Source: an uncultured Myxococcales bacterium (GTDB taxonomy: Bacteria > Desulfobacterota > Binatia > UBA1149 > SPBQ01). From it: a stretch of 64,000 nucleotides of DNA. Below, in pieces: positions 54,352 through 64,000 of this stretch (position 1 is the stretch's first letter; each line of letters starts with the position of its first letter). Location: NCBI GenBank assembly GCA_964555245.1, contig CAZKRI010000032.1:93239-157238 (forward strand), in the 5' to 3' direction. The translations under genes and the position numbers were made by a program. The notes beneath the pieces were generated by a model, which ran no database searches, was not told the DNA's origin, and worked only from the letters and a program-made list of their open reading frames with translations.

Positions 54352-54729
54352 CTAACGTGGTGACGCGCCGACCAACGCAGTGACCGCGTTGACGAGATCG
54401 GTCGTGTTGAACGGCTTGGTCAGGTATGCGCTCGCGCCGCGCGCCAGCGCCTCGGCGCGATCGGTGTCCTTGGCGCGCGCCGACAGCACCAGGATCGGAG
54501 GCTCCGCGGCGGAGGAGCCGCGGCCCAGCTCGGTGAGAATGTCGAGCCCGGACTTGCCCGGAAGATTCAAGTCCAACACGATCAGGTCCGGCGCCGGGGC
54601 CTGACGCAGTCGTTCCAGCGCTTGGATTCCGTCGCTGCAGTGCTCGATCTCGAAGCCCAGGTCCTCCAGACAGAACTCGACGAGCACGGCCACGTGGTGA
54701 TCGTCCTCGGCCAGCAGCATCCGCTTCAT
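54352..54729 (-). CDS. Single-domain CheY-like response regulator receiver.
   Basis: LLAEDDHHVAVLVEFCLEDLGFEIEHCSDG…DLIVLDLNLPGKSG…YLTKPF receiver motifs. Confidence 0.8.
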   Translation of the reverse strand: MKRMLLAEDDHHVAVLVEFCLEDLGFEIEHCSDGIQALERLRQAPAPDLIVLDLNLPGKSGLDILTELGRGSSAAEPPILVLSARAKDTDRAEALARGASAYLTKPFNTTDLVNAVTALVGASPR

Positions 54730-56669
54730 GAGCTCACCTCCGGCATGAGCAGATCGGCCGGCTCACTCGGCTGAGCGACTGCACGCTCGCTTATCTCGAC
54801 CGGCAGCACGATCCGGAACCGGCTTCCGGCGCCCGGCGCGCTCTTGACCTCGATCCGCCCGCCGTGGCGCTCGACCAATGCCTTGACGATGGAGAGCCCC
54901 AGTCCGGTGCCACCTACCTGCGCCGCGTAGGCGGCGCTGCTGCGGAAGAAGCGGTCGAAGATCCGGACCAACTCGGTCTCGCCGATTCCGATGCCCGTGT
55001 CCTCCACGTCCACGATCACGGTGCTCGCGGTCTCGCTGTCGACCGAGACGGTCACGGTGCCCTGCGGCGTATACTTGATCGCGTTGGCCACCAGGTTCTG
55101 GAAGACCTGATAGAGGCGTTCCCGGTCACCGCTGATCCGGCACGAGGCCAGGCCGCGCAGTCCGACCGCGAGGCCCTTGGCTTCGGCGCGCGTGCGCTCG
55201 TTCGTAATGGCTTCGGCCAAGAGCGCGACCAGGTCGAACTGCGCGATCTCGAGCGGCGCCGTGCTCACGCGGTCGACGTCGAGGAGGTCGGAGACCAGGT
55301 GCTTGAGGCGCTCGACGTTCTCGCCGACTATTCCAAGAATCTTCCGCTGTTTCTGCGAGACCGAGCCGGCCCGCTCCTCGACGAGCAACTGCACGAACCC
55401 CTGAATGGACGTGAGCGGCGTACGCAGTTCGTGGGAGACGTTGCCGATGAGATCGTCCTTGGCGCGGTGAACCTCGTCCTCCCAGGTCACGTCGCGGAAC
55501 ACGGCCAAGCGTCCGATGGGGTTGTCCGCTTCCGAACCGTAGCTGCGCCAGGAGACCCGCAGGGTGCGCGGTACGACCGCGTCGATTCGGCAGCGACGGT
55601 AGAGGGGCCGGCCCGAGTGATCCCCCTGCCCTCCCACGCCGAGGGCGTAGTCGAACGCATCGGCGGGGTCGGGCTTGAGCCGCCGCAACCGCTGCGCCAG
55701 GTCGCAGGCGGGCATGCCGCGGATCGCAACCCCGTCGCAGCCCATCATCTCCTCGAAGCTACGATTGGCATAGGCAACCGCGCCGTCGTGCGCGAGCACG
55801 ACGATGCCGTCGCTGGTGACCGAAAGGATCGCCTCGAGCTTGGCTTTCTCCTCGGCCAGCCGCGAGAGGTACCGCTTGCGCTCGGAGATATCGCTGACGT
55901 AGGCGGTGAAGGTGAGCGAGTTGCGGCGCCGCACCTCGCCCACGCGCAACTCCACGGGGAACTCGCTGCCGTCGCGCCGCATGGCCACGCTCTCGAAGCG
56001 CCGGCCCAGCAGCTTGGCGCCGCGGCCAGCTGCGCAGTCGCGCAGCCATCGATGATACGCTTCGCGGAGGAAGGGAGGCACGACCAGATCGGCGATCGGG
56101 CTGCCCAGGGCCTCCTGTCGCGTGTACCCGAACATCTTCTCGGCCGCTGGGTTGAACTCGAGCACGGTCCCGCGGTCGTCCAGACTGATGATCGAATCGA
56201 GCGCACAGCCCAGGATCGCGCGCGTGATCTCGTCATTTTCGTGCAGGTAGCGGACGATCTTCACCGTCTCCTCGACGTCGCGCACGATGATCTGGATCAG
56301 GTGCTCGCCGGCCACGCGGCAACGGCTCGCGGAGATTTCGGCCGGAAACAGCTGGCCGCTCTTCTTGCGGCAGGTCAGCTCGAAGCGCGCGATGCGGTGC
56401 GAGAAGATCCCGCGTAGCTCGGCTTTGACGGTCGCGCCCGCTTCCTCCGGGTAGAGGTCGGCAAGGTCGAGATCGGCGAGCTCGTCGCGAGTGTAGCCGA
56501 ACAAATCGAGCGCACCGCGGGTGGCGTCGACGATGCGGCCGGACTGGTCGTACAGCAGCAGACAATCGGGTAGATGGTCGAACAGCGCCTTGTAGGCCGC
56601 GCCGTCGAGGCTGCCATCCTTCTCGGCGACGCCACGAGCCTGCGATTTGCCCAAGCCGAACAATGCCAC
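54726..56669 (-). CDS. Multi-PAS sensor histidine kinase (HisKA plus HATPase_c). GTG start at 56669 with AGGGAG RBS.
   Basis: PAS segments, H-box SHELRTPLTSIQG, G-box GTGLGLSIVK. ATGA overlap with the receiver gene. Confidence 0.8.
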   Translation of the reverse strand: MALFGLGKSQARGVAEKDGSLDGAAYKALFDHLPDCLLLYDQSGRIVDATRGALDLFGYTRDELADLDLADLYPEEAGATVKAELRGIFSHRIARFELTCRKKSGQLFPAEISASRCRVAGEHLIQIIVRDVEETVKIVRYLHENDEITRAILGCALDSIISLDDRGTVLEFNPAAEKMFGYTRQEALGSPIADLVVPPFLREAYHRWLRDCAAGRGAKLLGRRFESVAMRRDGSEFPVELRVGEVRRRNSLTFTAYVSDISERKRYLSRLAEEKAKLEAILSVTSDGIVVLAHDGAVAYANRSFEEMMGCDGVAIRGMPACDLAQRLRRLKPDPADAFDYALGVGGQGDHSGRPLYRRCRIDAVVPRTLRVSWRSYGSEADNPIGRLAVFRDVTWEDEVHRAKDDLIGNVSHELRTPLTSIQGFVQLLVEERAGSVSQKQRKILGIVGENVERLKHLVSDLLDVDRVSTAPLEIAQFDLVALLAEAITNERTRAEAKGLAVGLRGLASCRISGDRERLYQVFQNLVANAIKYTPQGTVTVSVDSETASTVIVDVEDTGIGIGETELVRIFDRFFRSSAAYAAQVGGTGLGLSIVKALVERHGGRIEVKSAPGAGSRFRIVLPVEISERAVAQPSEPADLLMPEVSS

Positions 56670-56682
56670 CGCGACTCTCCCT

Positions 56683-58097
<1,415 letters not shown>

Positions 58098-58104
<7 letters not shown>

Positions 58105-58442
58105 GGCGGTTGCTTGCCCAGGGAGAGCGAGCCGTCGCAGATCGCGACCGCCTCGCGCAAGCGCAGCGCGAACGCCCGCACGTCGGTCTCGGACGCGCCG
58201 GCATCGAGGGCGTTGTCCAAGCACGCTGCCGTGTCGCTGATCTGGGCGTAGCCGTAGGAGGCTCCCGTGCCGCGCAGGTTGTGGGCGATCACACGACAAC
58301 ACCGGCGTGCATCGGTTCCCGTCGACTGACCATTCAAGAGCGAGAGCAGCTCCGCGACATCGGCGGCCGCCTCATCGAGGAAGGCACGCTGCAGCTTGAG
58401 GAATCTCTGTTTGCGATCCGCTTCGAGCACCGCACACCTCAT
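58098..58442 (-). CDS. Hpt (histidine phosphotransfer) domain protein.
   Basis: HNLRGTGASYGYAQI matches the Hpt HxxKG phospho-His helix. 114 aa. Overlaps the NtrC-like start. Confidence 0.6.
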
Positions 58443-58570
58443 TCCAGCCTACCATCTGGTTCGGCCGCGGCTCGGCATAAAATGACGCGGGACCCGCCGG
58501 TCAGCCCACCGACGAGTCCCGCGTTTGCTGCAGAGAGAGAGGAGGAATCACACCGTGGCCTGCCGGAGGG

Positions 58571-58597
58571 CTCGCACCGTGGGGGGTTCGGTGCGAG
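58571..58597 (-). terminator. Perfect 9-bp stem / 9-nt loop hairpin (CTCGCACCG…CGGTGCGAG) 27 nt downstream of the flp stop codon. Candidate terminator or attenuator; no U-tract.
   Basis: Read directly from sequence. Confidence 0.3.
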
Positions 58598-58623
58598 CCT
58601 ACCGGCCTGCCGTTCGGCCTGGA

Positions 58624-58794
58624 CTACTTCGCGTTGCCGAGAGTCGAGGCCGAGGCGTTGAACACAGCAACGATCTGGTCGCGCAGCGCGGTCACCGCAC
58701 CGATCGTCGCCACCGCGATCAAAGCCAACAGCATGGCGTACTCCGCCATCGACGCGCCCTGCTCATCCTTCACGAAAGTCTCGAAAAGCTTCAT
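58624..58794 (-). CDS. flp: Flp-family type IVb prepilin (Flp/Fap pilin). Start at MKLFETF (ATG 58794).
   Basis: MKLFETFVKDEQGASMAEYAMLLALIAVATIGAV has the characteristic Flp G/xxxxEY processing motif and a hydrophobic stretch. AAAGGAGAA RBS. Confidence 0.7.
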   Translation of the reverse strand: MKLFETFVKDEQGASMAEYAMLLALIAVATIGAVTALRDQIVAVFNASASTLGNAK

Positions 58795-58862
58795 TTGGTT
58801 CCGTTCTCCTTTGGTTATCGATCCCCGCGACCTGATCGCGTTCGTCGTAGTGCTCGGACATC

Positions 58863-58878
58863 TGCAAGCGAGATGCCA
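58863..58878 (-). promoter_or_regulatory. Sigma54 (-24/-12) promoter match TGGCAT-N5-TTGCA, about 57 nt upstream of the flp start codon.
   Basis: Minus-strand reading TGGCATctcgcTTGCA. GG and GC spacing identical to the TGGCACG-N4-TTGCW consensus. Confidence 0.4.
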
Positions 58879-59225
58879 TCGCGGCGCAACTCGCGCTGCA
58901 GAGCGAGTTTGGCGTCTTGGCCACCGCCGCCCTGGCCTCGAACCCAGCATCCGCAACGTTCAGACGTTCAATCTTGAGTCAGCCGTCTCATCTCGTCTCG
59001 ATCTGATGCGGGCCTGCTGCGGCAGACCGGCGCCGGCTCCATGGCATCCGCTGGGCCGGCCGCCCACGCACGTCGCATGCGCCGGACGCCACCGTAGTGG
59101 CACCATGACCCACTTGCACCAACTCGAAGCATCGACTCGAACCGGTGGATTGGACGCGGACGATCCACTAGCCTTGCCCACCCCTGGCCGGCCGGCTCGC
59201 CCGGCCGGCGGCCACGAGGAGACCT

Positions 59226-60776
59226 ATGGCGGAGTACGGATTCTGGAATCTGGCGCGCGCCAACCCGGACAGGCTCGCGCTGGTGACCCCGCGGGAGCGG
59301 CGGATCAGTCGCGGCGAGTTGGCGGCAGCCTCCAACCGCCTGGCGCGGGCGCTACGCGCCCTCGGTGTAAGCAAGGGCGACGCAGTGGCGACGCTGCTGC
59401 CGAACGAAGCCGAGATGATCGAAGCGTACCTGGCCGCATTTCAAATCGGTTGCTACCTGGTTCCCATCAACCATCACCTGGTCGGCCCTGAGATCGCCTA
59501 CATCGTCGACAACTCCGACTCGAAGGCGTTCATCGGCCACGAGAGCTTCGCCGAGGTCTGCCAGGCGGCGGCCGGGGAGTTCTCCGTACCCAATGCGGCC
59601 CGGCTCGCGGTCGGCTCGATACCTGGGTTTCGGACCTACGCGGACGTCGTGGGCGAGCAGCCCGACGGCCCACCAGAGGCGCGAACCGCGGGCGCCGTCA
59701 TGAACTACACGTCGGGCACGACCGGAAAACCCAAAGGCGTACGCCGGCGGCTTCCGGATACGGACCCGGACACGATGGGAGCGCTCTATGCGCTGTTCCT
59801 GTCCATGTTCGGAATCCAGCCCGAAGACGGCAACGTTCACCTGTGCGGCTCGCCGCTCTACCACACCGCCGTGCTGTTGTTCGCGTCATCCTCTCTGCAC
59901 TTCGGCCACGCCGTGGTGCTCATGGACCGGTGGACCCCCCAAAGCTGCCTCGAGCTCATCGAACGATACCGGGTAACGACCAGTCACATGGTTCCCACCC
60001 AGTTCCACCGGCTGCTCGGTCTGCCCGAAGCCGCGCGCAAGAGGTACGACCTCGCTTCGCTCCGCTGCATGATCCACGCGGCCGCGCCCTGCCCCACCGA
60101 AACGAAACGAAAGATGCTCGAGTGGTGGGGTCCCGTGGTCTACGAATACTACGCCGCAAGCGAAGGCGGCGGCACGCTCGTAACGCCGCAGGAGTGGCTC
60201 GAGTATCCGGGAACCGTGGGAAGGCCCTGGCCCAGCTCCGACATCAAGATCTTTGACGACCAGGGAAACCCCTGCCCCGTCAACACTCCCGGAACCGTCT
60301 ACATGGCGCTCGGCACCAACGAGTTCCGCTACCACAAGGACGAGGCCAAAACCGAGGACAACCGGCGCGCCGGTTACTTCACGGTCGGCGACATCGGCTA
60401 CCTCAACGAGCAAGGGTATCTGTTCCTCTGCGACCGCAAGGTCGACATGATCATCTCGGGCGGCGTCAACATCTATCCGGCCGAGATTGAGGCGGTGCTG
60501 CTCACGCATCCCCATGTTGCGGATGCCGCGGTGTTCGGGATTCCCAACGAGGACTGGGGCGAAGAGGTCAAGGCCACGGTTCAGCTCATCGACGGCATCT
60601 CACCCGATGATGGCACGAGCCAGGACGTTCTCGCGTTCTGCGACGACAAGCTTGCCAAGTACAAGCGGCCCAAGTCGATCGACTTCGTCGTCGAGATGCC
60701 GCGCGATCCCAACGGGAAGCTCTACAAGAGGAAGCTTCGCGACCCGTACTGGGCCGGCCGTTCACGGGCGATCTGA
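59226..60776 (+). CDS. Acyl-CoA synthetase / AMP-dependent ligase.
   Basis: AMP-binding motif YTSGTTGKPKGV, plus …GYLNEQGYLFLCDRKVDMIISGGVNIYPAEIE… and C-terminal PRDPNGKLYKRKL. Confidence 0.85.
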   Translation: MAEYGFWNLARANPDRLALVTPRERRISRGELAAASNRLARALRALGVSKGDAVATLLPNEAEMIEAYLAAFQIGCYLVPINHHLVGPEIAYIVDNSDSKAFIGHESFAEVCQAAAGEFSVPNAARLAVGSIPGFRTYADVVGEQPDGPPEARTAGAVMNYTSGTTGKPKGVRRRLPDTDPDTMGALYALFLSMFGIQPEDGNVHLCGSPLYHTAVLLFASSSLHFGHAVVLMDRWTPQSCLELIERYRVTTSHMVPTQFHRLLGLPEAARKRYDLASLRCMIHAAAPCPTETKRKMLEWWGPVVYEYYAASEGGGTLVTPQEWLEYPGTVGRPWPSSDIKIFDDQGNPCPVNTPGTVYMALGTNEFRYHKDEAKTEDNRRAGYFTVGDIGYLNEQGYLFLCDRKVDMIISGGVNIYPAEIEAVLLTHPHVADAAVFGIPNEDWGEEVKATVQLIDGISPDDGTSQDVLAFCDDKLAKYKRPKSIDFVVEMPRDPNGKLYKRKLRDPYWAGRSRAI

Positions 60777-60790
60777 GGTGCTAGAGAAAA

Positions 60791-60825
60791 GCCTCCGCGC
60801 CGGAGGAGGATCCGGCCGCGGAGGC
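60791..60825 (+). terminator. Long GC-rich hairpin (GCCTCCGCGCCGGA-ggagga-TCCGGCCGCGGAGGC) 15 nt after the acyl-CoA synthetase stop. Candidate terminator without U-tract.
   Basis: Read directly. About 14 bp of pairing with one bulge. Confidence 0.35.
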
Positions 60826-61150
60826 ATGTAGTGCAACCGAAGAGCTGCTGCCGAAGCTCCCCGGTACGGCGCGTCAGACATCACGGACGTGATGCCCGAC
60901 CCCCTTCCTCCCTACGCACCCGCTGGCGTGTGCCAGAGTTTGACCGGATGCGCACTTTACCGCCGTGCACCGTTCACTCGACAACCGGCGGGCTCGACAC
61001 CGATCATCGCGGTCCCCATATACAGCCGCCGGGCACGCCCGATCAATTAGGACTTTCCCTAACGCCACTAAGGGCGGCTAGCGAGGTCAACTTCGGGGTC
61101 TGCCGAAACTCTAGGAATCGGAGGTAAAGGTCAGGCTGAGCAGTTCTCCT

Positions 61151-61167
61151 CCCCCCATTGGGGGGGG
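61151..61167 (-). terminator. C6-att-G8 hairpin immediately 3' of the aldehyde dehydrogenase stop (minus strand). Possible terminator.
   Basis: ctcctCCCCCCattGGGGGGGGac read directly. No U-tract. Confidence 0.25.
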
Positions 61168-61175
61168 ACACAGCG

Positions 61176-62717
61176 CTACGTCAGCCACTGCCACAGGCGA
61201 GTTCCCCAAACCCACCGGACCATGCGCTGGAAATTGCGCAGCTTGCGCGCGGTGAACGGGTACCAGGCAGGCTCGTTCTTGCGGCCAAAGCGGTCGACGA
61301 TGATCGGTTGGGAGTAACAATAGCCACGCAGGCCCTCCTCACCGTTGACCCGTCCGACCCCGCTGTTGCGAACGCCGCCGAAGGGCGCCTCTGTGGCGCC
61401 GTAGGTCATCGAGCTGTCGTTGACGATGACCGATCCGGCCGAGATCCGCCGGGCGTACTCGACCGCTTTGCCGCGATCCCGCGTCCAGATCGTGGCCGTG
61501 AGGCCGTAGCTGGTGTCGTTGGCCAGGCGAATCGCCTCATCCTCGTCCCGCACGCGCAAGATGGGCAGAACGGGCCCGAACGTCTCCTCACGCATGATCG
61601 CCATCTCTTGGGTGACGTCGGCGAGCACCGTCGGCTCATAGAACAGGCCCTTCAGCGCCGGATTGCGCCGCCCTCCCACCAGGGCCTTGGCCCCTTTGGC
61701 AACGGCCTCATCGACGTGGCGTTCGATGATCTCGAGTTGGCGCGGCCAGAAGATCGCACCGACGTCGAACTCGCCTTCGGCTCCCTGACGAAGCGTACGG
61801 GTCAACGCGACGACGCGTTCGGTGAACTGGTCGGCGACGGATTCGACGACGTAAACGCGTTCGACAGCCATGCAGACCTGGCCCGAGTTCATGAAGGCGC
61901 CGAACACCACACCGCGCGCCGCGCGCTCCAGATCGGCGTCCGCGCAGACGATGCAGGGATCCTTGCCACCCAGTTCGAGCGTACACGGGATGAGGCGCCG
62001 CCCGCAGGCCTCACCCACCTTGCGTCCGGTGGCCACGCTGCCGGTAAACGAGATCTTGTCGACCCCTGCCTCGACGAGCGCCGCGCCTGTCTCGCCGTCG
62101 CCGAGCACGACCTGCAGCACGTCAGGCGGCAGACCGGCAGCCGCGAACAGATCGCCGACGAGCTTGCCCGAGCACGGCGTGACCTCCGACGGCTTGAGCA
62201 CGACCGTATTGCCCGCCATCAACGCTTGCACGGCTGGGTTGAGCGACAGAACCAACGGCGCGTTCCACGGCGTGATGATGCCGACGACGCCGAGCGGCCG
62301 GTAGACGATGCGCAGGCTCTTCATCGGGCCCAGCAGGTGCATGCGCCGCTTGCGCTCGGCCAGGATCTTCTTGGCATGCTTGGACCAGTAGGCGAGGAAA
62401 TCGCAGGAAGCGATGATCTCGATCATCAGCGCTTCCATGCGGGCCTTTCCGGTCTCCAGGCAGACCACGTCGAGGTAGTCGTCTTGGCGCTGGACCAGCA
62501 GCTTGAGCGCCCGCCTCATGTAGGCGGCACGGCCGTCGAATCCGAGTGCCGCCCACGCCGGCTGGGCTACGCGGGCGCGCTCGACCGCGCGACGGACGTC
62601 CTGCGGAGTCGCGACCTCGATCTCGCCAATGGGAGCCAGGGTGGCGGGGCTGGACAGCTTGAAGCGCCGCTTGGCCCCCGGCGCGACCGCCAGCGGTTCA
62701 ACGATGGCCACGGGCAA
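61176..62717 (-). CDS. NAD(P)-dependent aldehyde dehydrogenase family protein.
   Basis: FTGSVATGRKV, LELGGKDP, catalytic Cys region NSGQVCMAVERVYV, EETFGPV. Confidence 0.85.
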   Translation of the reverse strand: MPVAIVEPLAVAPGAKRRFKLSSPATLAPIGEIEVATPQDVRRAVERARVAQPAWAALGFDGRAAYMRRALKLLVQRQDDYLDVVCLETGKARMEALMIEIIASCDFLAYWSKHAKKILAERKRRMHLLGPMKSLRIVYRPLGVVGIITPWNAPLVLSLNPAVQALMAGNTVVLKPSEVTPCSGKLVGDLFAAAGLPPDVLQVVLGDGETGAALVEAGVDKISFTGSVATGRKVGEACGRRLIPCTLELGGKDPCIVCADADLERAARGVVFGAFMNSGQVCMAVERVYVVESVADQFTERVVALTRTLRQGAEGEFDVGAIFWPRQLEIIERHVDEAVAKGAKALVGGRRNPALKGLFYEPTVLADVTQEMAIMREETFGPVLPILRVRDEDEAIRLANDTSYGLTATIWTRDRGKAVEYARRISAGSVIVNDSSMTYGATEAPFGGVRNSGVGRVNGEEGLRGYCYSQPIIVDRFGRKNEPAWYPFTARKLRNFQRMVRWVWGTRLWQWLT

Positions 62718-62723
62718 GCCTCA

Positions 62724-63071
62724 CTACGATTTTCGCGGGCGGCCGCCCGGCGTGTACAGCGGGATGGTGATCGGCGAAACCTTCGACTCGGTAACCGCCG
62801 GCATGGCCAGGATCTTGGCCGTGCCACCCTTGTCGACTTCGTCGATGCGCACCACCGCATGCAGCGGCACGCTGGTGCGCTTGACCCCGTTGAACTCGTT
62901 CTTGAGCTCCTGCTCGCCGGGATCGACGATCACCTCGGAACGCTTGCCCCAGACGATGTCCTCGATCTGGATGAACCCAAACAGCTCACCATGGTGAACC
63001 CGGCGGGCGTACAGCTCGTAGACCTTGCCCTCGTTGAAGAAACGGACGCGAAAAATCGGCTTGCTTGCCAC
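62724..63071 (-). CDS. Small conserved-looking hypothetical protein. GTG start at 63071 preferred over the long Arg-rich extension to 63290.
   Basis: Coherent segment KPIFRVRFFNEGKVYELYARRVHHGELFGFIQIEDIVWGKRSEVIVDPGEQELKNEF… No confident family. Confidence 0.4.
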   Translation of the reverse strand: MASKPIFRVRFFNEGKVYELYARRVHHGELFGFIQIEDIVWGKRSEVIVDPGEQELKNEFNGVKRTSVPLHAVVRIDEVDKGGTAKILAMPAVTESKVSPITIPLYTPGGRPRKS

Positions 63072-63177
63072 CTGTGGGAATCCCCCCGCGGGACGGTCCA
63101 GCCTGTATAAGGTTCCCGGCCAACGATGCAAGGCGGTGGGTTGCGGGATCCGAGCCCCACGTCTAAGGAGGCCCCCA

Positions 63178-64000
63178 ATGTCCGAACGCAAAGACACGCC
63201 CGAGCAGGTCGAGTTCCGCCAGTACTGCCGCCGCTGGCTGGCCGACAACCGTCCGGCGGCCCCCGCCTTCCGGCTTCCCGAGTTCGCCATCGAGGTGATG
63301 ACCGAAGAGCAGCGGCGCTACCTGTGCGACTGGCAGAAGAAGTGCCACGCCGCGGGCCTGGTGGGTGCCGACTACCCCAAGGCGTACGGCGGCCACGGGC
63401 ACGAAGGCTTTCAGCGGACCGCGAGCCAGGAGATGTCACGGGCACAGGTCCCCTACCTCATCAACGTCATCGGTCTGGGCATGGCCGCGCCCACGATCCT
63501 CCACCACGGCAGCGAGGAGCAGAAGCGCCGTTACCTGCCTCCCTTGCTGGCGGCCGAAGAGATCTGGTGCCAGGGATTCTCCGAGCCGAACGCCGGCAGC
63601 GATCTGGCCAGCGTGCAGAGCTCGGCCGTGCGGGAGGGCGACAACTGGGTCATCAACGGCCACAAGGTGTGGACCAGCCTGGCGCACTTCGCCAGTTGGA
63701 TGATCATGCTCTGCCGTAGCAGCAGCGCAGACAAGTACGGGGGGCTCACCTATTTCATCGTGCCGATCGCAGACGCGCCGGGGGTCACGGTCCGGCCGCT
63801 GATCAAGATCACCGGCGAGACCGGCTTCAACGAAGTGATCTTCGAGAACGTCCTGGTCCCCGACCGGTTGCGAGTCGATGCCGTGGGTGAAGGCTGGAAG
63901 GTGGCCATGACCACCCTGCTGCACGAGCGCGGAGCTGCCGAGTCAGCCGGCGGCGGAGGCGGGCTGTCGCTGGAAGACCGCGTGGACGCGCTGGTCCGCT
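63178..64000 (+). CDS. Acyl-CoA dehydrogenase, 5' partial (continues beyond the window end). Not in the ORF track because no stop is reached.
   Basis: AAGGAGG RBS, ATG at 63178. Manual translation gives …WCQGFSEPNAGSDLASVQSSAVREGDNWVINGHKVWTS…, a classic ACAD N/middle-domain signature. Confidence 0.8.
   Translation, partial: MSERKDTPEQVEFRQYCRRWLADNRPAAPAFRLPEFAIEVMTEEQRRYLCDWQKKCHAAGLVGADYPKAYGGHGHEGFQRTASQEMSRAQVPYLINVIGLGMAAPTILHHGSEEQKRRYLPPLLAAEEIWCQGFSEPNAGSDLASVQSSAVREGDNWVINGHKVWTSLAHFASWMIMLCRSSSADKYGGLTYFIVPIADAPGVTVRPLIKITGETGFNEVIFENVLVPDRLRVDAVGEGWKVAMTTLLHERGAAESAGGGGGLSLEDRVDALVR

Noticed and set aside
54864-56417. 517-aa plus-strand ORF
   Set aside because: Antisense to the PAS histidine kinase.
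61158-63110. 650-aa plus-strand ORF
   Set aside because: Antisense to the aldehyde dehydrogenase gene.

Overview
High-GC (roughly 68-70%) bacterial chromosomal segment. The myxo-type Cys-rich repeats, FG-GAP and TolB-like secreted giants, and the abundance of sigma54/TPR/Ser-Thr-rich proteins suggest a Myxococcota/deltaproteobacteria-like genome, but this is inference only. The window mixes housekeeping genes with a lot of accessory content. Housekeeping: SLT transglycosylase, msrB-msrA, mutS2, an rrf2-sufBCDSUT Fe-S operon followed by tRNA-His and tRNA-Lys, acyl-CoA synthetase, aldehyde dehydrogenase, a partial acyl-CoA dehydrogenase. Accessory: several very large secreted Cys-rich repeat proteins (one carries at least 6 near-identical 159-bp tandem repeats), a sulfatase with an extra N-domain, a stand-alone LanC-like protein, two toxin-antitoxin pairs (MNT/HepT and RHH/PIN), an S1 protease, a cNMP-binding protein next to a class-III-PDE-like phosphoesterase, a zinc-ribbon/adenylyl-cyclase/AAA/TPR giant, and an orphan Flp pilin gene with a sigma54 promoter match, immediately upstream of an Hpt/NtrC-like/PAS-kinase/CheY-like cluster. 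The strongest signal is two separate AhpD/carboxymuconolactone-decarboxylase-family genes (10289..10822 + and 20514..21122 -). Each is read through an in-frame TGA that sits exactly where the second Cys of the catalytic CxxC motif belongs, and each has a stem-loop 10-11 nt downstream of the UGA. Both are candidate selenocysteine proteins; no Sec machinery genes are in this window. Many gene starts are uncertain because high GC produces long open frames on both strands.
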